Assembly (NCBI GenBank): GCA_030167865.1
Contig: JALAGF010005483.1
Location: 1-64,000, forward strand
Origin: Craspedostauros australis
Lineage: Eukaryota
Length of the DNA: 64,000 nucleotides
Direction: 5' to 3'
The notes under the pieces: model-generated
Seen by the model: the letters and a program-made list of their open reading frames with translations, nothing else
What the model was told of the DNA's origin: nothing
Database searches by the model: none
Position numbers and translations under genes: made by a program
In this document: positions 36,990-49,869 of the stretch, one piece after another
How positions within the stretch are numbered: position 1 is the stretch's first letter
Layout: every line of letters starts with the position of its first letter

Positions 36990-38579
36990 ATGCCACCTCT
37001 TTCCAGCACTTCATCCATCATGCCGACCAACTCATCAGCGACACCGCCGATCCGGCCATCGCCACGTATCCCGGTCGAGTTGCAAAAGGTATTCCTGGCA
37101 TCCCAGGCCGGCGCAAATGTCGAGGAAATCAGTGCGCCGAAGAGGGGTCTCGGGTTCAAGATCTTCCGTCGTCTTGGCATGGGCACCGCCAACAAGCGGA
37201 AGAAATTCGCCAAGATGAGAGCCCCATCGTTTTCATCCCTCATGTCCGAACGCAGTTCCGAGACCGCAGGTTCGCAATCCAAGCGGATCATCCAGCGTCA
37301 AGAACAAAAACAGGTGCGTCGAACTGTCGCTGCTCTGCTCCCTTCCACATTGTGCTACGAATACTGCACGTTCATCTCCCGCAGACTTGCGCCTAAGTAC
37401 ATTGGATGTTGTTGCCCGCTTTTCATCCTGCGTGCACCACGAATGATGCCACAAGGGGTTCAAGTGCAACGAAACAAATGACACGAAACGAAGTGATGCA
37501 CAGCAAACTCATCGATCCGCATTCATTTCTCTTTGTCGCTCTGCCTATTCGTACTCGTGGGAGTATCATACATCGCATTGCTCTACCCTACCCTACTCTA
37601 CTCCACTCCGCATTTCATCGGGATCATCCCAACTTTTGGCGCGTGCTCTGTGGCGGTGCAGAAAAAAGTCGTTGAACTTGATTCTCCGCAAACCTTCCTG
37701 GACAAAGAATTGCAAGCAAGAGGGTACTCCATAAAGAAGTACTGCAGCTTGGAGGGCGGGTACTACTGCCGACCAACGTCCTTGCAGCAAGCAAGCTACG
37801 GAAGCGCCCTCAGCCAGGCCGTGCGAGCATCCGATGCCTCCACCCTTCGAAAAATCTTTGACGCTGGACTGTCCCCAAACCCATGCAACAACTACGGAGA
37901 ATCCTTGGTCCACATGGTCTGTCGCCGAGGCGACGCCAAGCTGCTGCGCGTCATGCGCAGCGCCGGTTGTTCTATGCAAGTGACTGATGATTACGGCAGG
38001 ACGCCGTTGCATGATGCATGCTGGAGAGCAGACGCAAACTTTGAAGCCGTGAGCATGATCCTGGAGGCGGACAAGAATTTGATCAATCTTCTGGATTGTC
38101 GTGGCGCCGCCCCGTTATCCTATGTCGGAAGTGAGAGGTACGGCGTCTGGATTGAGTTCTTGAAGTCCAAGCTCGACCGCTACTGGCCCCGCCGGCAGAT
38201 ACTGCCAGGAGAAGACCCATTCGATGACATGCCGCCATTATGCCGCAGACAACCTCATTCGACACCCATTCAGGATCCAGATCACGCCCTCCCCCTGGAC
38301 GTCGCGGCGCTGGTGGCCAATGGGCGGATGAAACCTGAAGATACACTGTACCTGGACGATGACTCGGACGATAGCTCTTGTGGCTCCTACGATAGCTCCT
38401 ACGACGGCAGCGACAGCGAGTTTGACGACGACGACAGCTACGACAGCGACGAGGATTCGACATCGGACTTTGATGAGACAGAAATGGCCGAGTTCTGCCT
38501 CCGAGCTGGAGGGCCAATGGCTGTCGCAAATAAATGCTTCGGCGGAATGGAACGTGGCATGCCTCTCAAGACCCAGTGA
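36990..38579 (+). CDS. Ankyrin-repeat protein, paralogue A (exons 36990-37313, 37662-38579)
   Basis: NPCNNYGESLVHMVCRRGD, DDYGRTPLHDACW and DCRGAAPLSY ankyrin repeats; acidic D/S/Y tail; phase-0 GTGCGT..CAG intron. Confidence 0.85.
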
Positions 38580-39856
38580 TGCGAATCATGTCACTGACTT
38601 CACTCCTCCATATTGGCGCACAGGCAGTGGGCTCGTCATGATCGCACCATGGCATCCACGCCATGTATAACAAGAGACGTCGTGCACGATCGCACCGTCG
38701 TCGCAGTCATGACTGGAATGGCCGCAGCAGCAAGGACAAGGGAAGTCCACCGTCGCACACAGATGATGGTGTTGCTTCAGCATCGTGCGTTGGCACAAGA
38801 ATGGGGAAAAGAAGAAAACTGCACCAACAGCAGGTCTACAGGAAAACCGACAGGGGAGCCATCGGCAAGGAATACGCACGTATTATGCACAGGAAGCACA
38901 ACCTCGAGGAGTCCAGCAGGGTGAGCCGATGAGAAGGGCAGAGATGCGAGGATGATGGCGTTGAGTACGGCAATGCCGCGGCAACGGTATGTCTTCACAA
39001 CCAAACAAAAAGTGCACGAGTCAAAATTACCGGCTTTACTTCCAACTACTCTCCACATCTTCCTTGGAAGATGTGGAGAGGACGTCGAGAGCACTTTTTG
39101 GTGAGACACACCTCTCCATACGAGTAGAGTCCGCGCAGAGCTTTTAGAGACGGTGCAACTGCGTCGATCGTGACTGCGTTGATGATGATGATGATGATCC
39201 TCATCGTCATCATGATCTCCATGATCGCTATCGCAGTTGCACACAAACGTCATGGAACAATCTGCAGCACTTACATGCAGCACGTATCACCAACGACGTG
39301 ACGGTGTGTTTGTGCAGCAGTATTGGATCTTCGAACGAAAGCGAGCCGGAGCAGAGACCTGGTAAGCCTGCCAGCGACAATTCCTCACGCCGAAATCATC
39401 CTTTCCAGGAAGACGCCAAACGACGGAGTCACAACATCCTACAAGTACTCACGTACTTGTTGGATCACTCTGTTCTACGTACATCGTTTCGTGTCGTAAT
39501 ACCAATGCTGAGGGAAAGAAATCCGCATCCACGCATGCGCGCACATACATGCATACTAGTACATAATGGCACGAGTGAATAGCACATCAGAACATGGTAC
39601 ATACTGCGCATCGACTCCCGCACATGATACATACGTAGGCGTAGAGTGGGTACAAACACAAAGGATGCCGACATACTGTGTATCAGACCTACCTACATAC
39701 GAGTATGTACAACGAGCAGAATGGTCTCCAGCTGGTTGGATTATGAGAGTACTTTCTGCAGTTAGTTGAAGGGTGGTCATAGCCTCCCCTTGATGGAATC
39801 GAGGCGTAACATGCTCTGGAACAATCAACATTGCGGAGATCGTACGGCTAGAGATA

Positions 39857-41185
39857 TCACAGCAGCGGACGTTGGTAATCGTACGAGGAAGAGTACTCGT
39901 ACTCGCATGGTGGCATGAATAGTTCTTCCAGCGCAAAGAGACTGCCTTGTGCCAAGCCGAAGACATCCGGAGAGCTACTGTTGCTACCACCAACGGCACT
40001 TCTGCATGTCACCCGTGGGTAAATGCCAACCAATTCATTCATCCCAACAGCTGTTTCAGAAGGCAATGCTGTCGCTGTAGCTATAGAGGCAGCTGTAGTT
40101 GTATCAAATGGTGTGGATGGTACCGCAGGCAAGCGTGCAGGCAGCTTTACTTCTTGCAAAGCTCGCATCAGTTCGTCTTCGCTTGGTGTCATGGAGGCTG
40201 ATATAATTCGCTGACATTGCTCTCGTGAAGCCCACACGGCACATTCCACTTCCTCCGGGCAAAGATCGAGTTCATCGCCGATGCCAGCCACGCCGTGATA
40301 CCTCACTGAAACCTTCCCTCGACAATACACAACAATATGATGAGCCTTGATTGGCGTACCCGCTTCGGACATTGTGGGATAGACCGACTCCCAGATGCAA
40401 GTGGGTTGGATGGAACCACGATCCATGATCAAACCAGTCTCTTCCTTCACTTCCCTGCAAACCGCATCTAGGATCGACTCGTTCGGTTCCAGGGTTCCGC
40501 CCGGAAGCACCCACGCGCCTGGGAATGATCGCATGTAGCGAGGACGACGCGTGATGAGGATTCGTCCATCGTCATCCATCGGGATCCCGACCACCGCCAG
40601 CTGAACGAACTCTTTCCGCAACGATCCGTCGGCTACTGCCTTTTCTGTTGCCCGGCGTGCAGCATCTTGGGTCGTTGGGCATGGCATAGAGCTCATCGTT
40701 GGGAAGTCCCGTGCACGACCGAATGGAATCCACTGCCGCGTCTGCTGCTGCTGCTGCGCCATCATGGAGGTATCATTCTTCCCGGTTGCGAGGCTAGTAT
40801 CCCCGGCATTTGGATCCGTCTGTGATGGTTGCTGCGAGTGGGAGAAAGAATGATCAGGACTCGGGGCGCACTGTTCCAGACTCAGGGCATCGCTGACAGA
40901 AGCAAACGATGGGGGCAAACGTGTTAGCATTCTATCATAATGAGACGGTCGTCGTTGCCGCTTCTGCTGTTGCTCCTGCTCACGCCGTTGCTGCGATGCG
41001 GACTGACAGACCGCATAGTGCAACACACGGTTATCACTCGTGTGGCTGCTGTCTGTGACGAAAGGATCTGTTCTGTCGACCTGCGCTTGTCGCAAAGCAT
41101 CAAAGACAGACATGCCGAATCGACACGGCTGCGAGCCAACGAAGACTTGTGCCTTGGGAGCATTGCGCATGAACGGGACGATCAT
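39857..41185 (-). CDS. NUDT17: Nudix hydrolase, NUDT17-like
   Basis: ILITRRPRYMRSFPGAWVLPGGTLEPNESILDAVCREVKEETGL contains the Nudix box. WESVYP and HHIVVY are typical of the NUDT17 group. Confidence 0.8.
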   Translation of the reverse strand: MIVPFMRNAPKAQVFVGSQPCRFGMSVFDALRQAQVDRTDPFVTDSSHTSDNRVLHYAVCQSASQQRREQEQQQKRQRRPSHYDRMLTRLPPSFASVSDALSLEQCAPSPDHSFSHSQQPSQTDPNAGDTSLATGKNDTSMMAQQQQQTRQWIPFGRARDFPTMSSMPCPTTQDAARRATEKAVADGSLRKEFVQLAVVGIPMDDDGRILITRRPRYMRSFPGAWVLPGGTLEPNESILDAVCREVKEETGLIMDRGSIQPTCIWESVYPTMSEAGTPIKAHHIVVYCRGKVSVRYHGVAGIGDELDLCPEEVECAVWASREQCQRIISASMTPSEDELMRALQEVKLPARLPAVPSTPFDTTTAASIATATALPSETAVGMNELVGIYPRVTCRSAVGGSNSSSPDVFGLAQGSLFALEELFMPPCEYEYSSSYDYQRPLL

Positions 41186-41707
41186 TGCGATTGTTGTGTG
41201 TGCGCATGTGCATGCCTTTTTTCGTTCTGTTCTTATGGGGCGAATTGATGGCAAAGATACCATACTATCGTACTCGCACCACCACAGTACGACTAACATA
41301 GTCGTACACCTACAAATACCGGCGTGCGACTACTCGCAGTTGTATTTTAGATCGTCTCATGGCTCGTACTACAATGAAATCAAGGCGCCACTCGTTTTGA
41401 GAGTATTCCAGGTCGCACAAGAAGCTCTGCTGCAGCATGTTGCTCAATTGCATCTCAAGAAGGCATTCCAATACGTCATGAAATGACCACCACTTCTAAC
41501 ATGCTGTGCACATATAATACTAGTACTTTTACCCTACTGGATTATGCTTGACAATGGTTAGCGCCCTTCCCTCTTGTCGACCATCGATGGCACTTCGCAT
41601 GCTTTGTGTAAAAACTTCTCTCTTTTTGCCAAACACACTCACACTCACTCACTCATGGAGGGGAGTGTAGAGCAAGCAGTCCTCCTCAACACCACGAGTG
41701 GTTGAGC

Positions 41708-43858
41708 TCATGGACTCTGAACCTGCGGGACAGCCCGCACTGCTTCCATCATGGCTGGATCGGACATGGCCTTCCTAGCTATGCTTTGCATCTCTGGATC
41801 CTCCATGAGTTCAGAGTTGGGATTGTTCAGTGCCTTCTTCGCCATCAGGTGCATGTCCGGGTCGTTCAGGAGTCGCCTGACATCCGAGTGAACCTTGCCG
41901 CCCTTCTGGTTGTTCTGCTGCTCCAGCTTCAGCTTGGCCTTTGCAAGGTACGACTTCGACGCTGCGTTCTCAGGATCGTGCTGCAATGCGGATGTGTAGG
42001 CCCGGATGGCGCCCTTGAAGTCGTTCATGAAGAATCGCGACAGCCCCAGCCTGGCGTGGGCCTTGCCGTAGGAGGGCTTCATCTTCAACGCCTGTTCCGA
42101 ATCATTGGCCGCCTCCGCGTATCTTTCGAGGTAGCACAGTGCTGCCGCACGGTTTGAGTAGTAGACATGAGAGTGCGGTCCCTTCGGGCTCAGGTCCAGG
42201 GCGGCCGAGTAGGCCTCGTACGCCATCTTGTACTCCCTGTTGGCCATGTGCGCGTTACCTCGCACCTTGTGCTTCTCTGCTTCCTTCAGATCGAGCTTGG
42301 CGTCGTAGTGCGTGCGGGTATCCTGCGACGATTTACGACCTCTCTGCGACTTGTCCCATTCGGAAACGACCGAGAAGCTCTGCCCAGCCAGGCTCATGTT
42401 GTCCACGGCATCACCGCTCGCTGCCAGTCGCTTGGCCGCCTTCTCTAGGTAGGATTTCGAGCTTTTGTTATCGGGTTCGTATTTCAAGGCGACCGTGTAC
42501 GCCTCCATCGCAAGTCTGTAGTTTCCCAGAAGGAAGTGTGCAAGTCCAAGACGCGCATGGGCCTTGCCGTAGTTCGGCTTCAGGGCGAGGGAACGCTCCG
42601 AGTCCAAGATCGCCTCGTTGAACTTCTTCATGCTCAGCAGCGCCGCTGCTCGATTGCTGAAGTAAACGTGCGAGTTGGGACCAGATGGGCTCAGCTTGAG
42701 CGCCTTTGTGTACGCATTGGCCGCCTCCTGGTACTCCTTCTTTTGCATGTACGCGTTCCCATTGGACTTCAGCTTCTCCGCCTCCTCGAGATCTTCTGGA
42801 TTGACCGCTGGAGCTGGTTCTGACGACTTCGATCCGCGGCCGGAAGGTGCCAGTCGTTTCGACAAGTCTGAAACGGCAGAAGGTTGTGAAGCTGCGCGTG
42901 GTTGCTGCTGCTGTTGCTGATGATGGTACGCCATGGTGTGGGCACCCTCGTCATCCTCTCCGCGGCGTTGACGCACCGAGCGGATGCGATCCATCCGACG
43001 TTGCTGCACCAAATCGAAGCTTTCCGAGACCACAGAAGCCTGCATGTCGCCCGAGCGTGCCTTTGATGCCAGCTTAGTGCGGAATTTGGCCACGACCTTC
43101 GAGAAGCGGTCTTCGTACACCTCCTTCTTTCGCGCGATGCGGTGGGCCTCGTCCGTTGGATCCGCTCGCGGTGTCTCGTTGTCCGGGTCGCGGAAGAAGC
43201 CCTTGCTCTTGACAGCGTGCACAAACTGCTCGAACAACGGCGATGTGATCATCTCGCTTTCCGCTCTGGCTCTGCTCCTGCCTTGCAGTGCGGAGAGACC
43301 CGCAGCCGCGATCTCCGCCAGACCGAGCGGGCCATGCAATGATGGGCCACTGGCCAGCCCGTTGAGCGGGTACTGACGATGGAGGTTGGATGGATGGCTG
43401 TCGTCGTAATCGTACCACCCGTAGTTGTGCTCCTGATTCTTCTCCTCCTCGTGCGGGCTCTCGCTGTACAGCACTTCCCTCGTCATTGTCTCGATGTCAG
43501 GGAAGTGCGTGACGTCGTCGAAGATGTCCGGATGCGGCAGCTCCTTGCGGAAGTCTGAGATCTGCTCTCGCGTCCTCTCTATGAAGGGATCGTTGCTGTT
43601 GACGACATGCAGCGTCGGCGGCCCCACGAACGCCCTGTTGAGGCTGTAGATGGCAACGCTGAGATAGTCTGCGTGCAGTCCCTCCGCCTCGAACAGGTCC
43701 TGCGGATCGTAGGAGCGGCGCAGCTCGCGGAGGTAGTCCAAGCAGAGGAGCACCATCTCGGCCTCCGACGGGATGTCGACCTCATCCATCATCTCGTCCA
43801 TGCCGCCGTCTTGTTGCTCGTTCATCCTTGATGGTGGTGGCTGACGATATTCCTCCAT
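41708..43858 (-). CDS. SGTA/Sgt2-like co-chaperone with two TPR triplets and a C-terminal STI1/DP region
   Basis: N-terminal VLLCLDYL...LSVAIYSLNRAF resembles the SGTA dimerisation domain. Two blocks AEKxKxxGN...VY(F/Y)SNRAAA...YGKAHARLG; Met-rich DPxM repeats at the C-terminus. Confidence 0.85.
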   Translation of the reverse strand: MEEYRQPPPSRMNEQQDGGMDEMMDEVDIPSEAEMVLLCLDYLRELRRSYDPQDLFEAEGLHADYLSVAIYSLNRAFVGPPTLHVVNSNDPFIERTREQISDFRKELPHPDIFDDVTHFPDIETMTREVLYSESPHEEEKNQEHNYGWYDYDDSHPSNLHRQYPLNGLASGPSLHGPLGLAEIAAAGLSALQGRSRARAESEMITSPLFEQFVHAVKSKGFFRDPDNETPRADPTDEAHRIARKKEVYEDRFSKVVAKFRTKLASKARSGDMQASVVSESFDLVQQRRMDRIRSVRQRRGEDDEGAHTMAYHHQQQQQQPRAASQPSAVSDLSKRLAPSGRGSKSSEPAPAVNPEDLEEAEKLKSNGNAYMQKKEYQEAANAYTKALKLSPSGPNSHVYFSNRAAALLSMKKFNEAILDSERSLALKPNYGKAHARLGLAHFLLGNYRLAMEAYTVALKYEPDNKSSKSYLEKAAKRLAASGDAVDNMSLAGQSFSVVSEWDKSQRGRKSSQDTRTHYDAKLDLKEAEKHKVRGNAHMANREYKMAYEAYSAALDLSPKGPHSHVYYSNRAAALCYLERYAEAANDSEQALKMKPSYGKAHARLGLSRFFMNDFKGAIRAYTSALQHDPENAASKSYLAKAKLKLEQQNNQKGGKVHSDVRRLLNDPDMHLMAKKALNNPNSELMEDPEMQSIARKAMSDPAMMEAVRAVPQVQSP

Positions 43859-44555
43859 CGTCTTGCACGGTGCTCGCGCCAGAGTCCTCTTGTGTTGCTG
43901 CTGCTGTTGCTGCTGCTGCTGTTGCTGCTGTCTGTGTTCTTCGAGATACGAATGCCAATTCGAGTACTCTGCTGGTGGTCGTGGTGCTGATGGTGTCTTG
44001 CGGATTGAATGCTTCTGCTTCTGTTGCTCGACGCAAGTCCACTCAACTCAAGTGAGGCAAAGTCACGGCAGCACGGGGCAAGGTAAGACGAGGTAAGACG
44101 AGACAAGTCCGGGAAGAAAGTTGTGGTGGGATACGTGCGCGTCTTTCTGTCTTCACTCACACCACCTCGTCTCTTGCGGCAACTGATGTCGAGCCAATGG
44201 TTTCCAATGATACCACACGCCACACGAACAAACTGAGGTTTCAAACCTCGCCTTCGTGACGCAACGCATGGTTAATACTATACAAAACGTCTATTTAACG
44301 GATAAATGGACACAACCTCGCTAACTTACAATCGGGCAATGGTTGCCTGCTGCGGAAGAACGGAAAGCACATGTATGTCAACGGATGCAAATAGCCGAAA
44401 AAGGACCGTTGGGCGTGAGGCTGATTGATTTGAGAAATTCGAACGCAGTCTTCCATCACAAGGCGAGATTTCGAACTGGGATGTGATGAACCTGGAGAAC
44501 GGTAACTTGAGTGATAGTATAGTAGAGTATGATAGTACACATTAAGGCAAAAATC

Positions 44556-44579
44556 TAGAGAGAGAGAGAGAGAGAGAGT
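44556..44579. repeat. (GA)n microsatellite
   Basis: Directly visible. Confidence 0.9.
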
Positions 44580-45515
44580 GTGTGTACTTCACTCCCTTCT
44601 CCGCTTTACTCTACTCTACTCGCTCTATCTATCTATCCATCTGTCTCTTTGGAGAGGCTCTCGTTCCCATCCACAAGCGTGGCCGTTCTCCTTTTTCCTT
44701 CGCTCGTGCAACAGCAACACGCCTCTTTTTCATGTTGGGTTCTCGTTGTTGGTCTGAATCGTGCCAGCAAATTGGGAATCGTGTTGTGGTCTGTATCCAT
44801 AGACTGCCATCGAATGTAGGAGTAGGGTCGACGACACACTTCGTTTTGCTCTCGTCGCTCGTGTCGCATTCATGCGTTGGCGAGATGCTGTGCCACTCGT
44901 GGTGGTTTGTGCCCACGCTCGTATGTACGTACTAGTACGACCTACCTTGCAAACGCGCGCAGTACACACAAACAAGCACCAGATGGCCACAGAAAAAGAG
45001 CCGTTTCACGATCTATCCCGTTTTCTTTCCAATATTTAACCTGCAGAAAGTGCCGCTTCCCACAAACACGCAGCACTTTTGTCGTCACAGGTCATACCAC
45101 GTTTCCTGACATGGCATCGGCCAACGCTCAGACGATGACCACGACACGAAATGCACTTTTCTTCGCACACAACACGCATTTGTTCGTATCTCCTCGTCTC
45201 TGACGTGTCCACACCCGTCACATTTTCACCTCCCGAACGCAAATGAAGAAGCGACGCTCCAACACACGCCACACTCCGTGCGAAAGAGTCAGAGAAGGTT
45301 GCGGGAAGTCTGTGCTGAAGAGAGGCGTTTGTGTTGCAACTTCCGCAAGAGGAGCTGATCGACTTCGACCTGGCAACAACGCACTCTTGCTTGTCGACCA
45401 CGAGGCAGAGAGTTGTACGTGCATACTCTGCATAAAAACAACTCCCATCAGAAACACAACATCGAAGCAACGAAGCATCGCCACCACCCAGCAGATCATC
45501 TCTTGCTTCCATCGC

Positions 45516-45552
45516 CTCAATTCAATTCAATTCAATTCAATTCAATTCAATT
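45516..45552. repeat. (TTCAA)n microsatellite upstream of ankyrin paralogue B
   Basis: Directly visible, six to seven units. Confidence 0.9.
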
Positions 45553-45624
45553 GGAGTACTCCAATCCAATTCACACACTCAGTTCACCACTTCTTCTCCG
45601 TACACCAACGCAACACTCGCAAAG

Positions 45625-47478
45625 ATGGGAGGCCCACGCGTTCCGAAGGCGCTGCAGAAGATCTTCCTCATGGCCCAGAGAGGACATGATGTCGACAAGC
45701 CACCAGAAAGCCTAGGCAGCAAAATCTTCCCTCACAGATACGCCAAGCGCAAGAGCAAAGGACCTCGTATCCCCGCTGCTCTGCAAAATATCTTCCTCAG
45801 GTCGCAGAAGGGCGAGGATGTGGTGGAAGCACCGAAGAATGGCGTGGCCACCAAGACCTTCAACGGCTTCGTGAGCGATGCTGAGTCCTCTGTTGGGACT
45901 GCAACCTTGCAACGCCGCGAGACTGCAGCGGAGGCAAGCCGCAGAGCCATCAAGAACAAGCCGAAGGAGGCGAAGAATGAGGTGAGTTGGTTTGAATGAA
46001 AAGTGCGAGGCGCTGGTTGTTGTGGAGTATACTCGTGGCACTATTCTCGTTGCCAGAGTGCCACATGTGAGTCTGGCTTTGTGTTGGACCTTGAACACGT
46101 ATATCTGGCCCTGGAGGCTCACACACCACACATCAATGTTCCATCCCCTACCCTCTGTGCCCAACTACGCCAACCAACGAACAAACCGCCTACACACAAC
46201 TTCCAATCACAGGCATCCCTGGACTCGCCTCAAGCTTTCCTTGACAAGGAACTCACCGAGAGAGGTTACTCGACCAAGAAGTACTGCAGTCTGGAAACGG
46301 CCTACTTCAACAGACCTACCGAATACCAGACGTCCAGCTACGGAAGCGTACTCAAGGCTGCCGTCTGCAAATCGGATGCCGTTCTCCTCCAGAAGCTTCT
46401 GGACACTGGTCTCTCACCCAACCCTTGCAACAGCTTCGGAGAATCTTTGGTCCACATGGTGTGTCGCAAGGGTGATCACAGAGTGCTGCAGGTCCTCCTG
46501 CGATCCAACTGCTCCCTCCAGGTCACAGACGACTTCGGGAAGACGCCGTTGCACGATGCCTGCTGGAGGGCGGAGCCATCCTTCGATACCCTGTCCCTGA
46601 TCCTGGACAGCGACCGGGACTTGGTGAACATCCTGGATACTCGCGGGTCATCCCCACTGTCCTACATCCGGCGTGAGAACTACGCAGCGTACATCAACTT
46701 CTTCCGATCGAAGATGGATCAATTCTGGCCACGCAGGGATGTGGCAGCGGAAGGCGAAGAGCTGGCGCCGTTGCTATGCACGCGCAAACCTCATTCAATG
46801 CCAATCCGCGATCCTCCCGGTGCATTGACGATGCACATGGCGAAGATGGTGTCGAATGGGCAGATCCCGCCCGAGGACATTCTGAATGCAGCGAATGAGT
46901 CTGACAGTGACACGGCATCGTACATGACATTCAGCTCTCGAGGAGTCAGCACATATGCTGGGTCATATGCTGGATCACGCGAGGACAACGATGATGACTC
47001 TTTCAGCGATAGTGACAGCGATAGCAGCTACTACAGTGATGACGACGAATACGACAGCGACAGCGACGATGATAGTGAGCTGTATCGAGATGCCGAACGC
47101 ATCGTGGGCGGTGGCAGAATGGGTGGAGGCGTTGGCACTGGAGCTGGAGTTAGAGCTGGCACGGTCATCAAAAATTTTCCCGCGCTTCAAGCACGCCTGC
47201 AGCTGCCACTGGAGCCTCAGCCTAGCATCCAGACTAGCATCCCACAAAAGGAACGACAGCAGCAGGAGCAACAGCCTCGGCCCGCATTCCCAACCCCTCC
47301 GGTGACACACGTGTCGAAGATGGTCTATCTCAGTGATGATAGCGACTACAGCTCGGATGATTATTCCGATTACTACGAGAACGAGATCGACAATGACGAG
47401 TTGCGAGAGTTCTCGATGCGTGCAGGAGGGCCGCTGGCTGTGGCACGAAGATGCATCGCGAGGCAGGAAAGAGATTGA
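45625..47478 (+). CDS. Ankyrin-repeat protein, paralogue B (exons 45625-45981, 46213-47478)
   Basis: NPCNSFGESLVHMVCRKGD, DDFGKTPLHDACW, DTRGSSPLSY. A phase-0 GTGAGT..CAG intron lies just before LDSPQ, as in paralogue A. Confidence 0.85.
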
Positions 47479-47794
47479 GTCGTCAAATTGGAAGAGGAAG
47501 AGTAGAATACGAAGTGCACACTTGAAGAATAATAGCTGTTCAACGTTAGAAAGTATGCAGAGTGATGCTCACCGTTGTACTCTGCTCTGCACGCAACGTG
47601 TTTCACGGCACGTGCAACTACGTATGTATTGCATGTACTCTACTCGTCTGCAAGCACCATTTCGCACTCATGCATAGTCTTCTCCCACCGCAATGGCGCC
47701 AAGAGCAGCAGCATATTTCTATCGACGTAGTGGACCATTGTTTGCCAATGTACGGGTATGCAGATATGGGACATACCCACACCGTCGTTCTAAT

Positions 47795-49869
47795 CTACAG
47801 CAACTGATCCACCTGCAAGAACGCCACCTCTCGCTCCAGCGATAGCCGTGACTCGAGTTGCTTCCATTCCCGCGCTGTCGGCGTCGTCGCTCTTTCCGGA
47901 TACGGATACTCCACGTCAGCCGGCAACGCGCAGCTCTGTCTCCACTGCTCTATCATCTTCAGCAGAGCATCGCGTACACTAGGCAACCGCGTGCACACCT
48001 TCTGGCGTTTGCCTTTCATGAGTCTTCGGACGAACAACAGTTGGATTTCCTGTTGGAGATTTCCGCTGGTCATGTACAAGTAGCCGTGGTTAAGCCCAGA
48101 CGAGATGGCAAGCGATCCAAAGTACTGCGGCAGGACGTATCCAGGAGCAAAGAGTTCCAAGATGGCACCACGCGGTGGTAGGAATGGAAGCGTTGCCAAC
48201 TGGGCACCGTGCGGCGAGATGACGATGTCGTAGGATGAAAAGAACGCGATCTGCTCTTGCATCGTCTTGTTCTCGAAGAACACCATGGGGACGTCGTCCA
48301 AGCCGGGTATTTCTCGTTTGAGGTACTTGATCATCGAGACGTCATTGAGCAGACTTCGGGCGATGTTCCGCTGTCGATTGAGGATGGCGATCTTGGGCAT
48401 GGTTCCGGCTTGCAGTGGCTCGCCGGTCGTGGGACATCCTGCTTGCAATGGAATATCGTAACGCTTCCGAACTGCATCTCCCAAGACCTGCATGTCTGTC
48501 GGTCGGTACACATTGTAGGGATACATGTCGATGTCTTCGATGAAAGGCGAGCAGTCCAGCATGCCAACCCGGGGACTGACGGTTTTGCGATGCACGTCAT
48601 CCGAGGACGTGACAATCCGCACCTGAAAGGCTTCCTGGAGTATCGTGAGGAACGATTGCGAACCCCGATAGAGGTTGGGGCCTGGGTTTTGAAAGTGCGC
48701 CGGCCATTGTTGGGGGTGGTTTGGATACACGAGGACGCGTTCCTTGTCTGGATTTTGGACCCAAAAAGAGACGCAGCGCACCATCTGCTGCAGGAAGTGT
48801 GGGAAATGGATAGTCCAGGGCATGCGGATTGGTTTGCTGAAGCGGCATGCGGCGACATTGGGAGCATCCGCAGGGACCGGGTTCTTTTCTAGGTACTCTG
48901 ACTGGCTGATCAATGCTCCATTCTCCGTCGGTACCGCCGTTTGGTTGACTATGACGCGCATATCTCGAAACTGAGGCATCGTCAGGTGCATGAGCTCCGA
49001 TGTTTCCTTTTGGCAAAAGTTGGGGTCATTCGGATATGGGTGATTCTGTATCGGAATCTCCTTCTGTGCAGCATCCGCACCATCAGTCGTACTCGTATTG
49101 CTGGCAATTGCGCTTGTCATTGCTGCTGCTGTTGTCGTCGAAGTTGTTGTTGTTGTTGCCGTCGTCGTTGCGGCTGCCTCGTGGAGAGCAGCAGCTCCGC
49201 CAGCTTGGTTGGATAATCTCGCATCGTCGACTGTATTCGCGTGAGAAGCATTCAGTTGGTCCGCATCGTCCAGCCGCGCATCGTCCTTGGTGAGTGTCGG
49301 GGGAGGAGCCAGCATTGCATCCTCCAGTGCCAAGTCCTCCTTTTGCGCTCTGAGGTAAGCATCGCCAGTGGCTTGGGTTGCGAACTGCGGGCGCAAACAT
49401 AAATGTCATGCATGTACGAGTATGCATGTGTGTGAGTGCGAGTGTGCGTTGGCGAGAGTGGGATGAGGATGATGGTGGCGTGAGATAGTGTGCTCCGCGA
49501 TTTCACTCAATGAATTGTCGCCGCGCACTCCTGTTGACTGATCAAGGCAAAGCGATGAAAAGCAAAGCGATGAAAGGCAAGGCAAGGCAACCTTGATCGA
49601 TTCGAGTCAGATGAGGCCACACGAGACAAGATCAAACAATGCGACAGAAGGAAGCCAACGTTTTCGCCATTGCTGCTGCCGCCGCTGCTGTCGCCACGCA
49701 CCCTCAATGCATTGGCAGATAGCCCAATGCCCACAAGAATGTACGGAACAATGTAAAGGAGTTGCTTTGAGCTGTTGTTGCTTGCTTCTTTGTTCGCAGA
49801 CTGGCCTTTCTTCGCCAGTTTCTTGTCCTTCTTGGCCTTCTTCTTGGGTTCGGTCGATGCATCCATCAT
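47795..49869 (-). CDS. Glycosyltransferase family 61 (DUF563) type II membrane protein (exons 49869-49702, 49384-47795)
   Basis: KIAILNR...RSLLN, FENKTMQEQIAFFSSYDIVISPHGAQLATLPFL...ILELF. Exon 1 supplies a Lys-rich tail and a transmembrane helix; phase-0 GTGCGT..CAG intron. Confidence 0.85.
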
